Shown here: piece after piece, positions 17,045 to 24,879 of the stretch | Layout of the letters: every line of letters begins with the position of its first letter | Numbering within the stretch: the stretch's first letter is position 1 | Source of the DNA: Candidatus Parcubacteria bacterium | Lineage (GTDB): Bacteria; Patescibacteriota; Minisyncoccia; Phycocordibacterales; UBA5272 | Assembly: GCA_039798825.1 (NCBI GenBank) | Contig: JBDKFI010000001.1 | Coordinates: forward strand, 1-39,785 | Direction of reading: 5' to 3' | Length of the DNA stretch: 39,785 nucleotides | Made by a program: the position numbers and the translations under genes | The notes under the pieces: model-generated | The model's input: only the letters and a program-made list of their open reading frames with translations | Told to the model about the DNA's origin: nothing | Databases searched by the model: none

Positions 17045-17473
17045 ATGGCAATGTACTCCCGAGATGATCTGGTTGTCCTTCTTAAGGAAGCTAATTTGCG
17101 CGTGACAGACCACCGTCTTTTGGTGCTCGAAACTGTTGCAAAAGTAAAGCAACCAGCTACCGTGTATGAATTGGTAGAAACTCTCCGTAAAAAAGAAAAC
17201 ATCGATCAAGCAACCGTCTATCGTAATCTCTCCTCGCTCCACGAAGCAGGTCTTCTTCGGAGGCTTGATTTTAACCATGGCCATGCACACTATGAACTTG
17301 AAACAGGTCGTGCATCTCATCAGCTTGTATGTGGCAACTGTGAGACGATAGAAAAGATAGAGGGTATCTCGATTGATGACGTGGTAAAGAAAATGCTCAA
17401 GAAGAGTAAGAAATTTAAACACACAACGACACATTCTATGGAGATCTACGGTCTCTGCAAATCGTGCGCATAA
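17045..17473 (+). CDS. Fur-family metalloregulator (Zur or PerR type, not resolved)
   Basis: 142 aa with a winged helix (VTDHRLLVLE..ATVYRNLSSLHEAGLL), HGHAHYEL, and two CxxC pairs (CGNC, CKSC). Confidence 0.88.
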   Translation: MAMYSRDDLVVLLKEANLRVTDHRLLVLETVAKVKQPATVYELVETLRKKENIDQATVYRNLSSLHEAGLLRRLDFNHGHAHYELETGRASHQLVCGNCETIEKIEGISIDDVVKKMLKKSKKFKHTTTHSMEIYGLCKSCA

Positions 17474-17478
17474 ATCAT

Positions 17479-17949
17479 ATGATACACATAGGCGATGAAG
17501 CACCACTGTTTTCACTTCCTGATCAAGATGGAGTTATCCATACTCTTTCTCAGTATCAAGGAAAGAAGGTGTTGCTGTATTTTTATCCAAAGGATGACAC
17601 ACCTGGATGTACTACCGAAGCATGTACGTTTCGTGATGGGTATGATGAGTTTGTAAAGATGGGACTAGTCATACTTGGTGTAAGTAAAGACTCAGTGAAA
17701 AGTCACAAGAAGTTTGCAGAAAAGTTTTCGCTCCCATTTCCACTTCTCTCAGATGAGTCGGGGGATGTTATTAAACAGTATGGATCGTGGGGAAAGAAAA
17801 AGTTTATGGGGCGGGAGTACGAAGGGATTCTGCGAAACAGCTTTCTTATTGATGAAAAGGGGAAGGTTGCGAAAGTGTATGAATCGGTAAAGACAGCAAC
17901 GCATGCGAACGATGTGCGTACGGATACTCGTGCATACGTGAGGGTGTGA
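17479..17949 (+). CDS. bcp: thiol peroxidase / peroxiredoxin Bcp
   Basis: 156 aa. GDEAPLFSLPDQDG is followed by YFYPKDDTPGCTTEAC. ATG 17479 lies 5 nt after the Fur-family stop codon. Confidence 0.9.
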   Translation: MIHIGDEAPLFSLPDQDGVIHTLSQYQGKKVLLYFYPKDDTPGCTTEACTFRDGYDEFVKMGLVILGVSKDSVKSHKKFAEKFSLPFPLLSDESGDVIKQYGSWGKKKFMGREYEGILRNSFLIDEKGKVAKVYESVKTATHANDVRTDTRAYVRV

Positions 17950-17965
17950 AGTATAGTTGAGGAAT

Positions 17966-17995
17966 AAAAAAGCCGGATGTCTTTCGACATCCGGC
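17966..17995 (-). terminator. intrinsic terminator of the minus-strand orphan gene (also ends bcp transcription)
   Basis: gccggatgtc (17972-17981), tttc, gacatccggc (17986-17995), with an A-run at 17966-17971 that is a U-tract on the minus strand. Confidence 0.7.
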
Positions 17996-18012
17996 CGTTT
18001 GCGTGTCGCCCT

Positions 18013-18363
18013 TCACGCCGCCTTCAGGAGTGGCGGGCTTGTGCACCGCGAGGTGCGGAAGGTGACGCTTTCCAGGTCGAGTTTCTTCGACATCGCCATA
18101 CCAAGCAGTTTGACGCTCATGCTGCGGTCCGTGGGGACGTAACAGGCATCTCCCACCACGAGCGCCACATCGTAGTTCTGGTTGTTCACCCTCACTTCGA
18201 TCGTATCACTCGGCTCGATGGGCACAAACTCGTTGGTCTGACCCACACCCCGCATCGTCACATGCAGGCACGCATCACCCGATTGTCGGGCGGACTCGAT
18301 CGCCGACCTCAGGAGGTCGCGGTAGATCTCTGCCTGTGTCGGGCCCTGCTCTTCTTCTTTCAT
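18013..18363 (-). CDS. orphan hypothetical protein (116 aa), GC-rich cassette
   Basis: GAGGAG lies 8 nt upstream of the ATG and a terminator lies about 18 nt after the stop. The protein-like sequence reads MKEEEQGPTQAEIYRDLLRSAIESARQ.. The opposite-strand ORF is Arg/His-rich junk. Confidence 0.55.
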   Translation of the reverse strand: MKEEEQGPTQAEIYRDLLRSAIESARQSGDACLHVTMRGVGQTNEFVPIEPSDTIEVRVNNQNYDVALVVGDACYVPTDRSMSVKLLGMAMSKKLDLESVTFRTSRCTSPPLLKAA

Positions 18364-18483
18364 TGAAAACGCTCCTCAAGAACTACGGAAATGTGGCGCA
18401 GTTGCTACGCCACGACTTGTTGTGCTGTTTGGTACGAGGGGGTCTTTTGTATACAAGTGCCCCGTCCCTTACCGCACCTCGTA

Positions 18484-18512
18484 ATCCTATACCTCTACAT
18501 GACCTTTGTAAA
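18484..18512 (-). promoter_or_regulatory. candidate promoter TTTACA-N17-TAGGAT for the orphan gene
   Basis: Reverse complement of 18507-18512 is TTTACA and of 18484-18489 is TAGGAT. This implies a ~110-nt leader containing the hairpin gtggcg..cgccac. Confidence 0.4.
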
Positions 18513-18590
18513 GTATTCTTGTCAAATCCTTGTGTATAAAGGTATATCACTGTGATACTCTGTGGGTATTACTGATAAACGAAGAACCTC

Positions 18591-19364
18591 ATGGAAACGA
18601 TCAAGGAATTAATTAAAAACAACATAGTAGCATTCGGAATAGTCATCTCCATCGCATGGGTTGCGAGCTCATTTGTCTTGGCAGGAGGACTTGCGTCCAT
18701 CAATGAACGCACATCCATCTCAGTGACAGGGACCTCTGAGCGCATGGTAGAAAGCGACGCTGGTAAATGGACATTCATGATCGCAAAGCAATCTTCTCCT
18801 GAGAGCTATGCGTTTGTGTCCAAACAATTACGCGATGCGTCTGTTGCATCAGTTGCATATCTCACAGAACAGGGTATTGATGGAGCGGATATTACAGTGC
18901 AACCGATTACTTCAAACGTGGTGTGTCAGTCACAACAGCAGGTGATGTATGACGGTATGGGCCGACAGCAGTGTTCTGGTCCGTTTACCTATAGCATTGT
19001 ACAGACAGTGATCGTAGAGTCAGATAACGTCAAGCTTGTGCGTGACTTGTCTTTGAACGCAGCTGGTGTACTTGCAAACAAAGGTATTCAGCTACAAACG
19101 GTATCGGTTGATTTCTTCTACAACAAACTTTCAGAGATTCGTGCAGAGATGCTTGCTGAAGCATCGAAAAATGCAAAAGAACGAGCACAAGCAATCGCAG
19201 AAAGCACAGGAAACAAAGTCGGAAGCGTGAAAGATGCATCACAAGGAGTGTTTCAAGTGACGCAGAGAAATAGTACCGAGGTGAGCGATTATGGAAACTA
19301 CGATACCTCTACGATTGAAAAGAAAATAACAGCAATTGTACGAGCAAGTTTCGAAGTTAAGTAA
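18591..19364 (+). CDS. SIMPL/DUF541-family periplasmic protein
   Basis: 257 aa with an N-terminal TM helix. It shows the ISVTGTSE start of the domain, an ...AKERAQAIAESTGNKVGSVKD segment, and ends ITAIVRASFEV. Confidence 0.65.
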   Translation: METIKELIKNNIVAFGIVISIAWVASSFVLAGGLASINERTSISVTGTSERMVESDAGKWTFMIAKQSSPESYAFVSKQLRDASVASVAYLTEQGIDGADITVQPITSNVVCQSQQQVMYDGMGRQQCSGPFTYSIVQTVIVESDNVKLVRDLSLNAAGVLANKGIQLQTVSVDFFYNKLSEIRAEMLAEASKNAKERAQAIAESTGNKVGSVKDASQGVFQVTQRNSTEVSDYGNYDTSTIEKKITAIVRASFEVK

Positions 19365-19380
19365 ACAAAACGTAATACAC

Positions 19381-19410
19381 AAAAAACCAAGCGAATCCGC
19401 TTGGTTTTTT
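19381..19410. terminator. bidirectional intrinsic terminator
   Basis: aaaaaa, ccaagcg, aatc, cgcttgg, tttttt, located between convergent genes. Confidence 0.8.
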
Positions 19411-19426
19411 GTTCATCGTATGGTTA

Positions 19427-20155
19427 CTACTTTCCGCTTTCTTTATCAAATAGTCGGTCGATAAAACCAAAATATGCATCTTTCCCTTTCTCCTTTCCTG
19501 CGCATTCAACTGCAGCAGCGTAGGGGAGTGCTTGTGGGTGAATTTGTGTGAGGGGAAAGTGTCTGAATGCAAATCCAACACGATTTTGGTAATCGTTCAT
19601 GACAGAGGTAATGGTAGGATGAAAACGAATGCAGTACGGACACTGTATGTCGGCGTATTCCAGAACCATGACATCACCCTCTTTTCCTTTGACAAGTTCG
19701 TCGTCTTTAATCTGTGATCCGGTAAAGGGAGAGGTTTCTGCTTTTCCGGAAAGTGCCTGGTCAAGTGCCGCACGTACAAAGCTTTCTGTCTGAGCTCCTT
19801 CTATTTTTGCAACTGTCGCATAGGTGGAACCCTTTTTCACAAGGATAAACGTCGTAGGTGTACCAGTGACACCAGCTTGCGTTCCGTCAGTAAATTCAGC
19901 ATTGATGGCTTCCATCGTCTCATTTGAGGTGAGACACTGCTCCCATGAGTTACCTTTCAATTTTAATTCCTTAGCAACCTCTTTTACAAAATCCCTCACC
20001 TCATCCGTTACTGGTCGAATGATGTATCCATATGAGACGATGCTAAGCGCCACAATGCCTGATCCGATAAGTATTGCATAGGGTGTGGTGAGCGTGAAGC
20101 GCTGCAGGGGAGATACTACTCTTTGAAACAAGGTTCTTATTTTAGACATATTCAT
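19427..20155 (-). CDS. membrane-anchored DsbA-like thiol:disulfide oxidoreductase (permuted motif order)
   Basis: 242 aa with a TM anchor and a CPYC active site in VLEYADIQCPYCIRFHP. The cis-Pro loop GVTGTPTTFI lies N-terminal to the CxxC. Confidence 0.8.
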   Translation of the reverse strand: MNMSKIRTLFQRVVSPLQRFTLTTPYAILIGSGIVALSIVSYGYIIRPVTDEVRDFVKEVAKELKLKGNSWEQCLTSNETMEAINAEFTDGTQAGVTGTPTTFILVKKGSTYATVAKIEGAQTESFVRAALDQALSGKAETSPFTGSQIKDDELVKGKEGDVMVLEYADIQCPYCIRFHPTITSVMNDYQNRVGFAFRHFPLTQIHPQALPYAAAVECAGKEKGKDAYFGFIDRLFDKESGK

Positions 20156-20179
20156 TTATACTGATGAAACGAGTATATC

Positions 20180-20752
20180 ATGCAAGATCCTTCCATCTTC
20201 TCTCCATCCATGTTTAAGCGTTTGCTGTTTGCAATCATTCTTGAATTTGGTCCGATCTTTATTTTTTTGATGTCATTTCATCATTTCCATATCTACAAAG
20301 CGACGATGTTGCTCATGGTTGCCACTATCATCTCTACGGTTATCACCTATCGTCTTCAAAAACGCCTCCCGTATCTTGCGCTGTACCTTGCATTGCTCAC
20401 CATCGGGTTTGGGTACCTTACGTTGCTCCATAGAGAGCCCAAGTTTATACAGATGCGAGACACGCTCTATGATCTGACATCTGCGGTGACACTCCTTTTT
20501 GGACTTATGATCAACGTGCCGTTCTTGAAAATAGCTTTTCATGAGGTCGTACCAATGACGGTTCGTGCGTGGCACAAACTTTCGTATGCATGGATCGGGT
20601 ACTTCATCGTTATCGCGACACTGAATGAATACATACGAAGATTCTACTCACTTAACACGTGGTTTGATTTTAAGAGCATCATGGTGTTTGTGACCATTGT
20701 GTTTGGTTTTTTGGCACTTCATCTGTGCTACGAGAAAGAACACACAAAGTAA
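20180..20752 (+). CDS. YciB/IspZ-family inner-membrane (septation-associated) protein
   Basis: 190 aa with five hydrophobic helices. LEFGPIFIFL near the N-terminus and the overall pattern resemble YciB. Confidence 0.6.
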   Translation: MQDPSIFSPSMFKRLLFAIILEFGPIFIFLMSFHHFHIYKATMLLMVATIISTVITYRLQKRLPYLALYLALLTIGFGYLTLLHREPKFIQMRDTLYDLTSAVTLLFGLMINVPFLKIAFHEVVPMTVRAWHKLSYAWIGYFIVIATLNEYIRRFYSLNTWFDFKSIMVFVTIVFGFLALHLCYEKEHTK

Positions 20753-20785
20753 TTTAAGATGGTTATAGAAAAACCGTTCGAATTG

Positions 20786-20794
20786 TGATAGAAT
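20786..20794 (+). promoter_or_regulatory. extended -10 box TGATAGAAT, 9 nt before the atpB ATG
   Basis: TGA at 20786-20788, TAGAAT at 20789-20794, ATG at 20804. Confidence 0.5.
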
Positions 20795-20803
20795 TGTCGA
20801 ATT

Positions 20804-21646
20804 ATGCACGAGGAAGAAGTATCACACGGGGGAGAATCTACAAGTATTTTCCACGTTCAGGAAGAAACGCCGACAATTGTCGCCCCTCTCTTGGGTGATG
20901 TCGGTCCATTTGCGATCGCAACGTCAACAACAACAGTTGCGCTCATTACGGTGCTTTTCGTCGCTCTTGTGTGGAAGGTTTCGAAGTCGAGTCTTCTTCC
21001 TTCAAAGTTTCAAACAGCAATGGAACTTTTTTATGAGGCTATCGCTTCGTTTGTGACATCTATCGTTGGAAGTGAAGAGAGGGCAAAAACCATCATTCCG
21101 TACGTGGGAGCGCTTATGACGTACCTATTGGTTGCAAATCTTCTCCCAATGATACCGGGTATAGCAAGTTTCTATGTGTCGCTGCCATCTGGTGAACATG
21201 TACCGCTTTTTCGTGGCACTACCACTGATTTCAATACGACATTTGGTCTTGCACTTGCGGTTGTGGTTACTATGCAAATTGTAGGCATGCGCCAGCAGGG
21301 AGTATTTGGGTATCTTTCACATTTTATACAAATTAAGCAGGTGTGGAAGGGTTTCAGAAAGTCATTTGGCGACGGGGCTGTTTCAATTATTGGGTTTTTC
21401 GTTGGTCTCATTGAAATTATTTCTGAAATTGCAAAAGTGCTATCACTTAGCTTGCGATTGTTTGGAAACATGTTCGCTCACGAAGTGCTCACGGTTATTT
21501 TGCTCGGTGCGTTTGCGTTTGCTGTACCAGCGGTGTGGATGGGTATGGGGCTTCTGGTGGGGGTTGTGCAATCCATTGTGTTTGTGGCGCTCGTCACTGT
21601 GTATTACTCGCTTGTATTGAAGAAGGAAGGGAAAGATACTCACTAA
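20804..21646 (+). CDS. atpB: F0F1 ATP synthase subunit a
   Basis: 280 aa. LSLSLRLFGNMFAHEVL carries the essential Arg motif, and the protein has multiple TM helices. Confidence 0.9.
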   Translation: MHEEEVSHGGESTSIFHVQEETPTIVAPLLGDVGPFAIATSTTTVALITVLFVALVWKVSKSSLLPSKFQTAMELFYEAIASFVTSIVGSEERAKTIIPYVGALMTYLLVANLLPMIPGIASFYVSLPSGEHVPLFRGTTTDFNTTFGLALAVVVTMQIVGMRQQGVFGYLSHFIQIKQVWKGFRKSFGDGAVSIIGFFVGLIEIISEIAKVLSLSLRLFGNMFAHEVLTVILLGAFAFAVPAVWMGMGLLVGVVQSIVFVALVTVYYSLVLKKEGKDTH

Positions 21647-21666
21647 CGGAGTATCTAGAGGTAAAG

Positions 21667-21691
21667 AAAAGAGCGCGCAAGCGCTCTTTTT
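21667..21691. terminator. bidirectional intrinsic terminator after atpB
   Basis: aaaagagcgc, gcaa, gcgctcttttt. Confidence 0.8.
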
Positions 21692-21713
21692 GTTGTTCTG
21701 GTTGAGGGTGCGG

Positions 21714-21941
21714 TCAGAGGGCGTCTTGACCGAGAGCGATGCACTCAGCAAGCGCAAACATCCTTTTCACTGGTATGGGTGGCTCCTCTCTCCACCCATC
21801 CTTCGGATATGGCGTGAGTTGCACGCCTTGTGGTTCAGTGATGACCTTGTAGCTGAAATCCCTTTCCGAGATACTCAGGCATGTGCCGTTTGGAAGGACG
21901 GCAGAGTAGTTGTCGCCGTCCTTGAAAATGATGAGTCCCAT
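21714..21941 (-). CDS. orphan hypothetical protein (75 aa), antisense cassette between atpB and atpE
   Basis: ATG at 21941 with GGAG 8 nt upstream, and its own promoter at 21974-22001. The sequence begins MGLIIFKDGDNYSAVLPNGT.. The upstream part of the 115-aa track ORF is AT-rich and contains the promoter. Confidence 0.5.
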   Translation of the reverse strand: MGLIIFKDGDNYSAVLPNGTCLSISERDFSYKVITEPQGVQLTPYPKDGWREEPPIPVKRMFALAECIALGQDAL

Positions 21942-21973
21942 TTCGTTTTCTCCGTGAACTGTATTCGTTTCAG

Positions 21974-22001
21974 AGTCTAACGTGTATGCGGTATAAGTCA
22001 A
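21974..22001 (-). promoter_or_regulatory. promoter TTGACT-N16-TAGACT
   Basis: Reverse complement of 21996-22001 is TTGACT and of 21974-21979 is TAGACT. Confidence 0.5.
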
Positions 22002-22159
22002 TGAAGATAGTACATTATTTATCCCATGCAAACTGGTCGGATGTGTGCTATGCTTATGCACAAAGCCTTACTTAGGCGATTTTTATTGAAACGTTGCAAC
22101 TAGTATGTAGTGCATGTGTTTTGCATTCAACTAGCAACTACTAACTAATAAACTAATTT

Positions 22160-22378
22160 ATGACTCCAGAAGCAGCTGTATTAATTGCAAAAGGAATGAC
22201 TATTCTCGCCATGGTGGGAACAGCAATCGGACAAGGATATCTCGTTGGTAAAACAATGGAGGCAATCGGACGAAATCCTGACGTTGAAGGATCTCTTTTC
22301 TCAAAAATGATTATCGGTGTTGCTATGACCGAAACAACAGCGATTTTTGCGCTGGTCGCATTCTTCCTATTAGGTTAG
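22160..22378 (+). CDS. atpE: F0F1 ATP synthase subunit c
   Basis: 72 aa hairpin proteolipid with AIGRNPD in the loop and the carboxylate in VAMTETTAIFALV. Confidence 0.92.
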   Translation: MTPEAAVLIAKGMTILAMVGTAIGQGYLVGKTMEAIGRNPDVEGSLFSKMIIGVAMTETTAIFALVAFFLLG

Positions 22379-22455
22379 CTAATAGCCGGTAGATAGTAGT
22401 TCCAGAAAACGAATTTGTAGTTTCTACTGTCTATATGTCTAATGTCTTGTAACGT

Positions 22456-22950
22456 ATGTCTCAAATTCTCACCATTCTCTCATCTGTAGGATTCAATTGG
22501 CATGTTGCGCTTGCCAATTTTGTGAACTTCTTGATTATTTTATTCATACTCAATAAGTTCTTTTTCGGCAAACTTGGGAAAACCATTACTTCTCGCAAAG
22601 AGGCGATAGAGAAGGGTCTTTCTCAGGCAGCTGATGCAGAAAAAGCTCTCATGAGTGCTGAGGAAGAGAAGAAAGAGATCATTCACGCTGCCAAGAAAGA
22701 AGGACATGTGATTGTAACAGAAGCACAAACCCAAGCAAAGGCGCTTGCTTCTTCTATCACCTCCGAAGCAGAGAAAGAAAGAGAAGAGCGTATGCGCATT
22801 CTGAAAGAGAAAGAGGCGGACCTTCAAGCGAAAGTTGAAAAGGATTTTGCACAGCAAGCGCCACGTATTGTTGCGAACCTGTATGCTCAAACGCTTAAAA
22901 AGAATCTCTCAGAACAAGATAATAATGAGCTTATCGCAAGCATGAAGTAA
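22456..22950 (+). CDS. atpF: F0F1 ATP synthase subunit b
   Basis: 164 aa with one N-terminal TM helix followed by a long charged helix (EAIEKGLSQAADAEKAL..). The call also rests on its position in the operon. Confidence 0.85.
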   Translation: MSQILTILSSVGFNWHVALANFVNFLIILFILNKFFFGKLGKTITSRKEAIEKGLSQAADAEKALMSAEEEKKEIIHAAKKEGHVIVTEAQTQAKALASSITSEAEKEREERMRILKEKEADLQAKVEKDFAQQAPRIVANLYAQTLKKNLSEQDNNELIASMK

Positions 22951-22952
22951 GT

Positions 22953-23303
22953 ATGACTCTCTCTAGAAAGATCGCACACACCGTTATAGAACAAGAAGTT
23001 GGAAGTGAGACACTTCTTGCGACACTTTCCAAGTACAACTTAGAGTCTTTACTCCCAAGTATTGTAGCTGAGATGAAAAAGCTTGTACGTATGGAGGATG
23101 GAAGTGCAGCGCTTCATGTCGAGTCGCCATTTCCTCTCGATGAGAGAGCGTTAGCACACATTGTGTCTCTAGCGGAAGCACAAGGTGCACCTATTATCAC
23201 ATCACACAACGAAGAACTTCTCGCCGGTTTCAAGGCTCGTTATAAAGGAATGTTGTACGATGGGTCTGCCGAACGAATCGTACACGCACTTACAAGAAAC
23301 TAG
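22953..23303 (+). CDS. atpH: F0F1 ATP synthase subunit delta (OSCP), unusually short
   Basis: 116 aa. The C-terminus LLAGFKARYKGMLYDGSAERIVHAL matches the delta C-terminal LIGG..V..G....DGS motif, and the gene sits between atpF and atpA. Confidence 0.65.
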   Translation: MTLSRKIAHTVIEQEVGSETLLATLSKYNLESLLPSIVAEMKKLVRMEDGSAALHVESPFPLDERALAHIVSLAEAQGAPIITSHNEELLAGFKARYKGMLYDGSAERIVHALTRN

Positions 23304-23331
23304 AAACAGGAAACTAACAACCATTACAATC

Positions 23332-24828
23332 ATGTCAGTAGAAAAAATAATTAAAGATCTAGAACAGAAAATTGCAACACTCTCTACAGAGGTTGGTACA
23401 AGCGAAATCGGAACAGTGATCTCTGTTTCTGACGGTATCGCGCGTATTTCAGGTCTTGCAACGTGCGCAAGTATGGAAGAACTCCGTTTTGCTTCTGGTG
23501 CAACGGGTCTGGCACTTAATCTCGAATCTGACATGATTGGTGCCGTGATTGTGGCCGGAGGAGACACTGTTCGCGAAGGCGAAGAGGTATCTCGCACAGG
23601 CCGCGTGCTCTCGATTCCTGTTGGAGACGCACTGCTTGGTCGTGTGGTCAACCCGCTCATGAATCCGCTAGATGGCGAACCACTCTCTTCTCTTACGGGA
23701 ATTGAACTTGTGGAAAAGATTGCTCCAGGTGTGATGGAACGTGAACCGGTAAACGTTCCTATGCAAACAGGAGTCAAAGCAATTGATGCGATGATTCCTG
23801 TTGGACGCGGACAACGAGAACTCATCATCGGCGATAGACAAACAGGAAAGACAACAATCGCAATCGATACCATCATCAACCAAAAAGGAACTGGTGTGAT
23901 CTGCGTGTACGTTGCTATCGGTCAGAAGGAGTCAAAGATCGCGCAAATTGTCGAGAAACTTAAAGAAGCAGGAGCACTCCCGTATACAGTTGTGGTGCTC
24001 GCTGGTGCGTCACACTCCGCTGCACTTTCGTATCTCGCGCCGTATGCAGGAACCGCCGTTGCTGAATATTTTATGAATCAAAAGAAAGATGTACTCGTCG
24101 TGTACGATGATCTTTCAAAGCATGCGGTTGCGTATCGTGAAATGTCATTGCTCCTTAAACGACCACCAGGACGTGAGGCATACCCAGGAGATGTCTTCTA
24201 TCTCCACTCACGACTTCTCGAGCGTTCCTGCCGCAGAAATGAGGCTTCTGGAGGGGGTTCTATCACTGCGCTTCCTATTATCGAAACACAAGCAGGAGAC
24301 GTGTCAGCATATATTCCAACAAACGTTATTTCTATCACTGACGGACAGATTTTCCTCGATGCAAACTTGTTCTACAAAGGTATGCGACCAGCGATTGATG
24401 TTGGGCTTTCGGTGTCGCGTGTGGGGTCTGCAGCACAGACAAAGGCGATGAAGAAAAATGCGGGTAAAATGAAACTCGCCATGGCGCAGTATCGTGAACT
24501 TGAAAGCTTCGCACAGTTTGACTCAGATCTTGACCAAGATACAAAGCGTACTATCGAGCGAGGAAAGAGAACGCAAGAAATCTTAAAGCAAGGGAATGGT
24601 GCACCACTTCGTACAGGACTTCAAGTTGCATCTGTGTATGCAGTAAACAATGGTTTCCTTGATTCTGTACAAGTCACAGATGTGAGTGTGTGGGAAAAAG
24701 CAATGCACGCATATATGACATCATCAGGTAAAGACATCGTGGAAGCGGTAGAAAAGGATTGGAATGATGACATTGAGAGCAAGCTTAAAGGTGCACTTGA
24801 GTCATTCGTTCATACGCACTCGCAATAA
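23332..24828 (+). CDS. atpA: F0F1 ATP synthase subunit alpha
   Basis: 498 aa from MSVEKIIKDLEQ. Walker A is GDRQTGKTTIAID. The upstream part of the track ORF overlaps atpH. Confidence 0.95.
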   Translation: MSVEKIIKDLEQKIATLSTEVGTSEIGTVISVSDGIARISGLATCASMEELRFASGATGLALNLESDMIGAVIVAGGDTVREGEEVSRTGRVLSIPVGDALLGRVVNPLMNPLDGEPLSSLTGIELVEKIAPGVMEREPVNVPMQTGVKAIDAMIPVGRGQRELIIGDRQTGKTTIAIDTIINQKGTGVICVYVAIGQKESKIAQIVEKLKEAGALPYTVVVLAGASHSAALSYLAPYAGTAVAEYFMNQKKDVLVVYDDLSKHAVAYREMSLLLKRPPGREAYPGDVFYLHSRLLERSCRRNEASGGGSITALPIIETQAGDVSAYIPTNVISITDGQIFLDANLFYKGMRPAIDVGLSVSRVGSAAQTKAMKKNAGKMKLAMAQYRELESFAQFDSDLDQDTKRTIERGKRTQEILKQGNGAPLRTGLQVASVYAVNNGFLDSVQVTDVSVWEKAMHAYMTSSGKDIVEAVEKDWNDDIESKLKGALESFVHTHSQ

Positions 24829-24836
24829 TAATGTGT

Positions 24837-24871
24837 AATTTTAAATTTAAAATTTTAAATTTAAAATTAAA
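24837..24871. repeat. AT-only tandem repeat (aattttaaatttaa x2.5) in the atpA-atpG spacer
   Basis: Direct reading of 24837-24871. Similar aattttNaa runs occur at 25741-25775 and 15095-15135. Confidence 0.8.
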
Positions 24872-24879
24872 GCAGATTC

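Noticed and set aside
17977-18366. 129-aa plus-strand ORF opposite the 18013-18363 orphan
   Set aside because: The translation is Arg/His-rich and nonsense-like. Its start lies inside the terminator hairpin and it has no SD, whereas the minus-strand frame has an SD, a promoter and a terminator.
21942-22061. Upstream 40 codons of the 115-aa minus-strand ORF
   Set aside because: The segment is AT-rich, contains the TTGACT/TAGACT promoter, and the SD sits before the internal ATG at 21941.
23185-23331. N-terminal extension of the atpA ORF
   Set aside because: It overlaps the atpH coding region in another frame. Alpha-subunit homology starts at MSVEKII (23332).
24837-24871. AT-only tandem repeats in atp spacers considered as CRISPR or regulatory arrays
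   Set aside because: There are only 2.5 copies of a 14-mer of pure A/T. The same low-complexity texture recurs in other spacers, so this is probably just AT-rich spacer or UP-like DNA.
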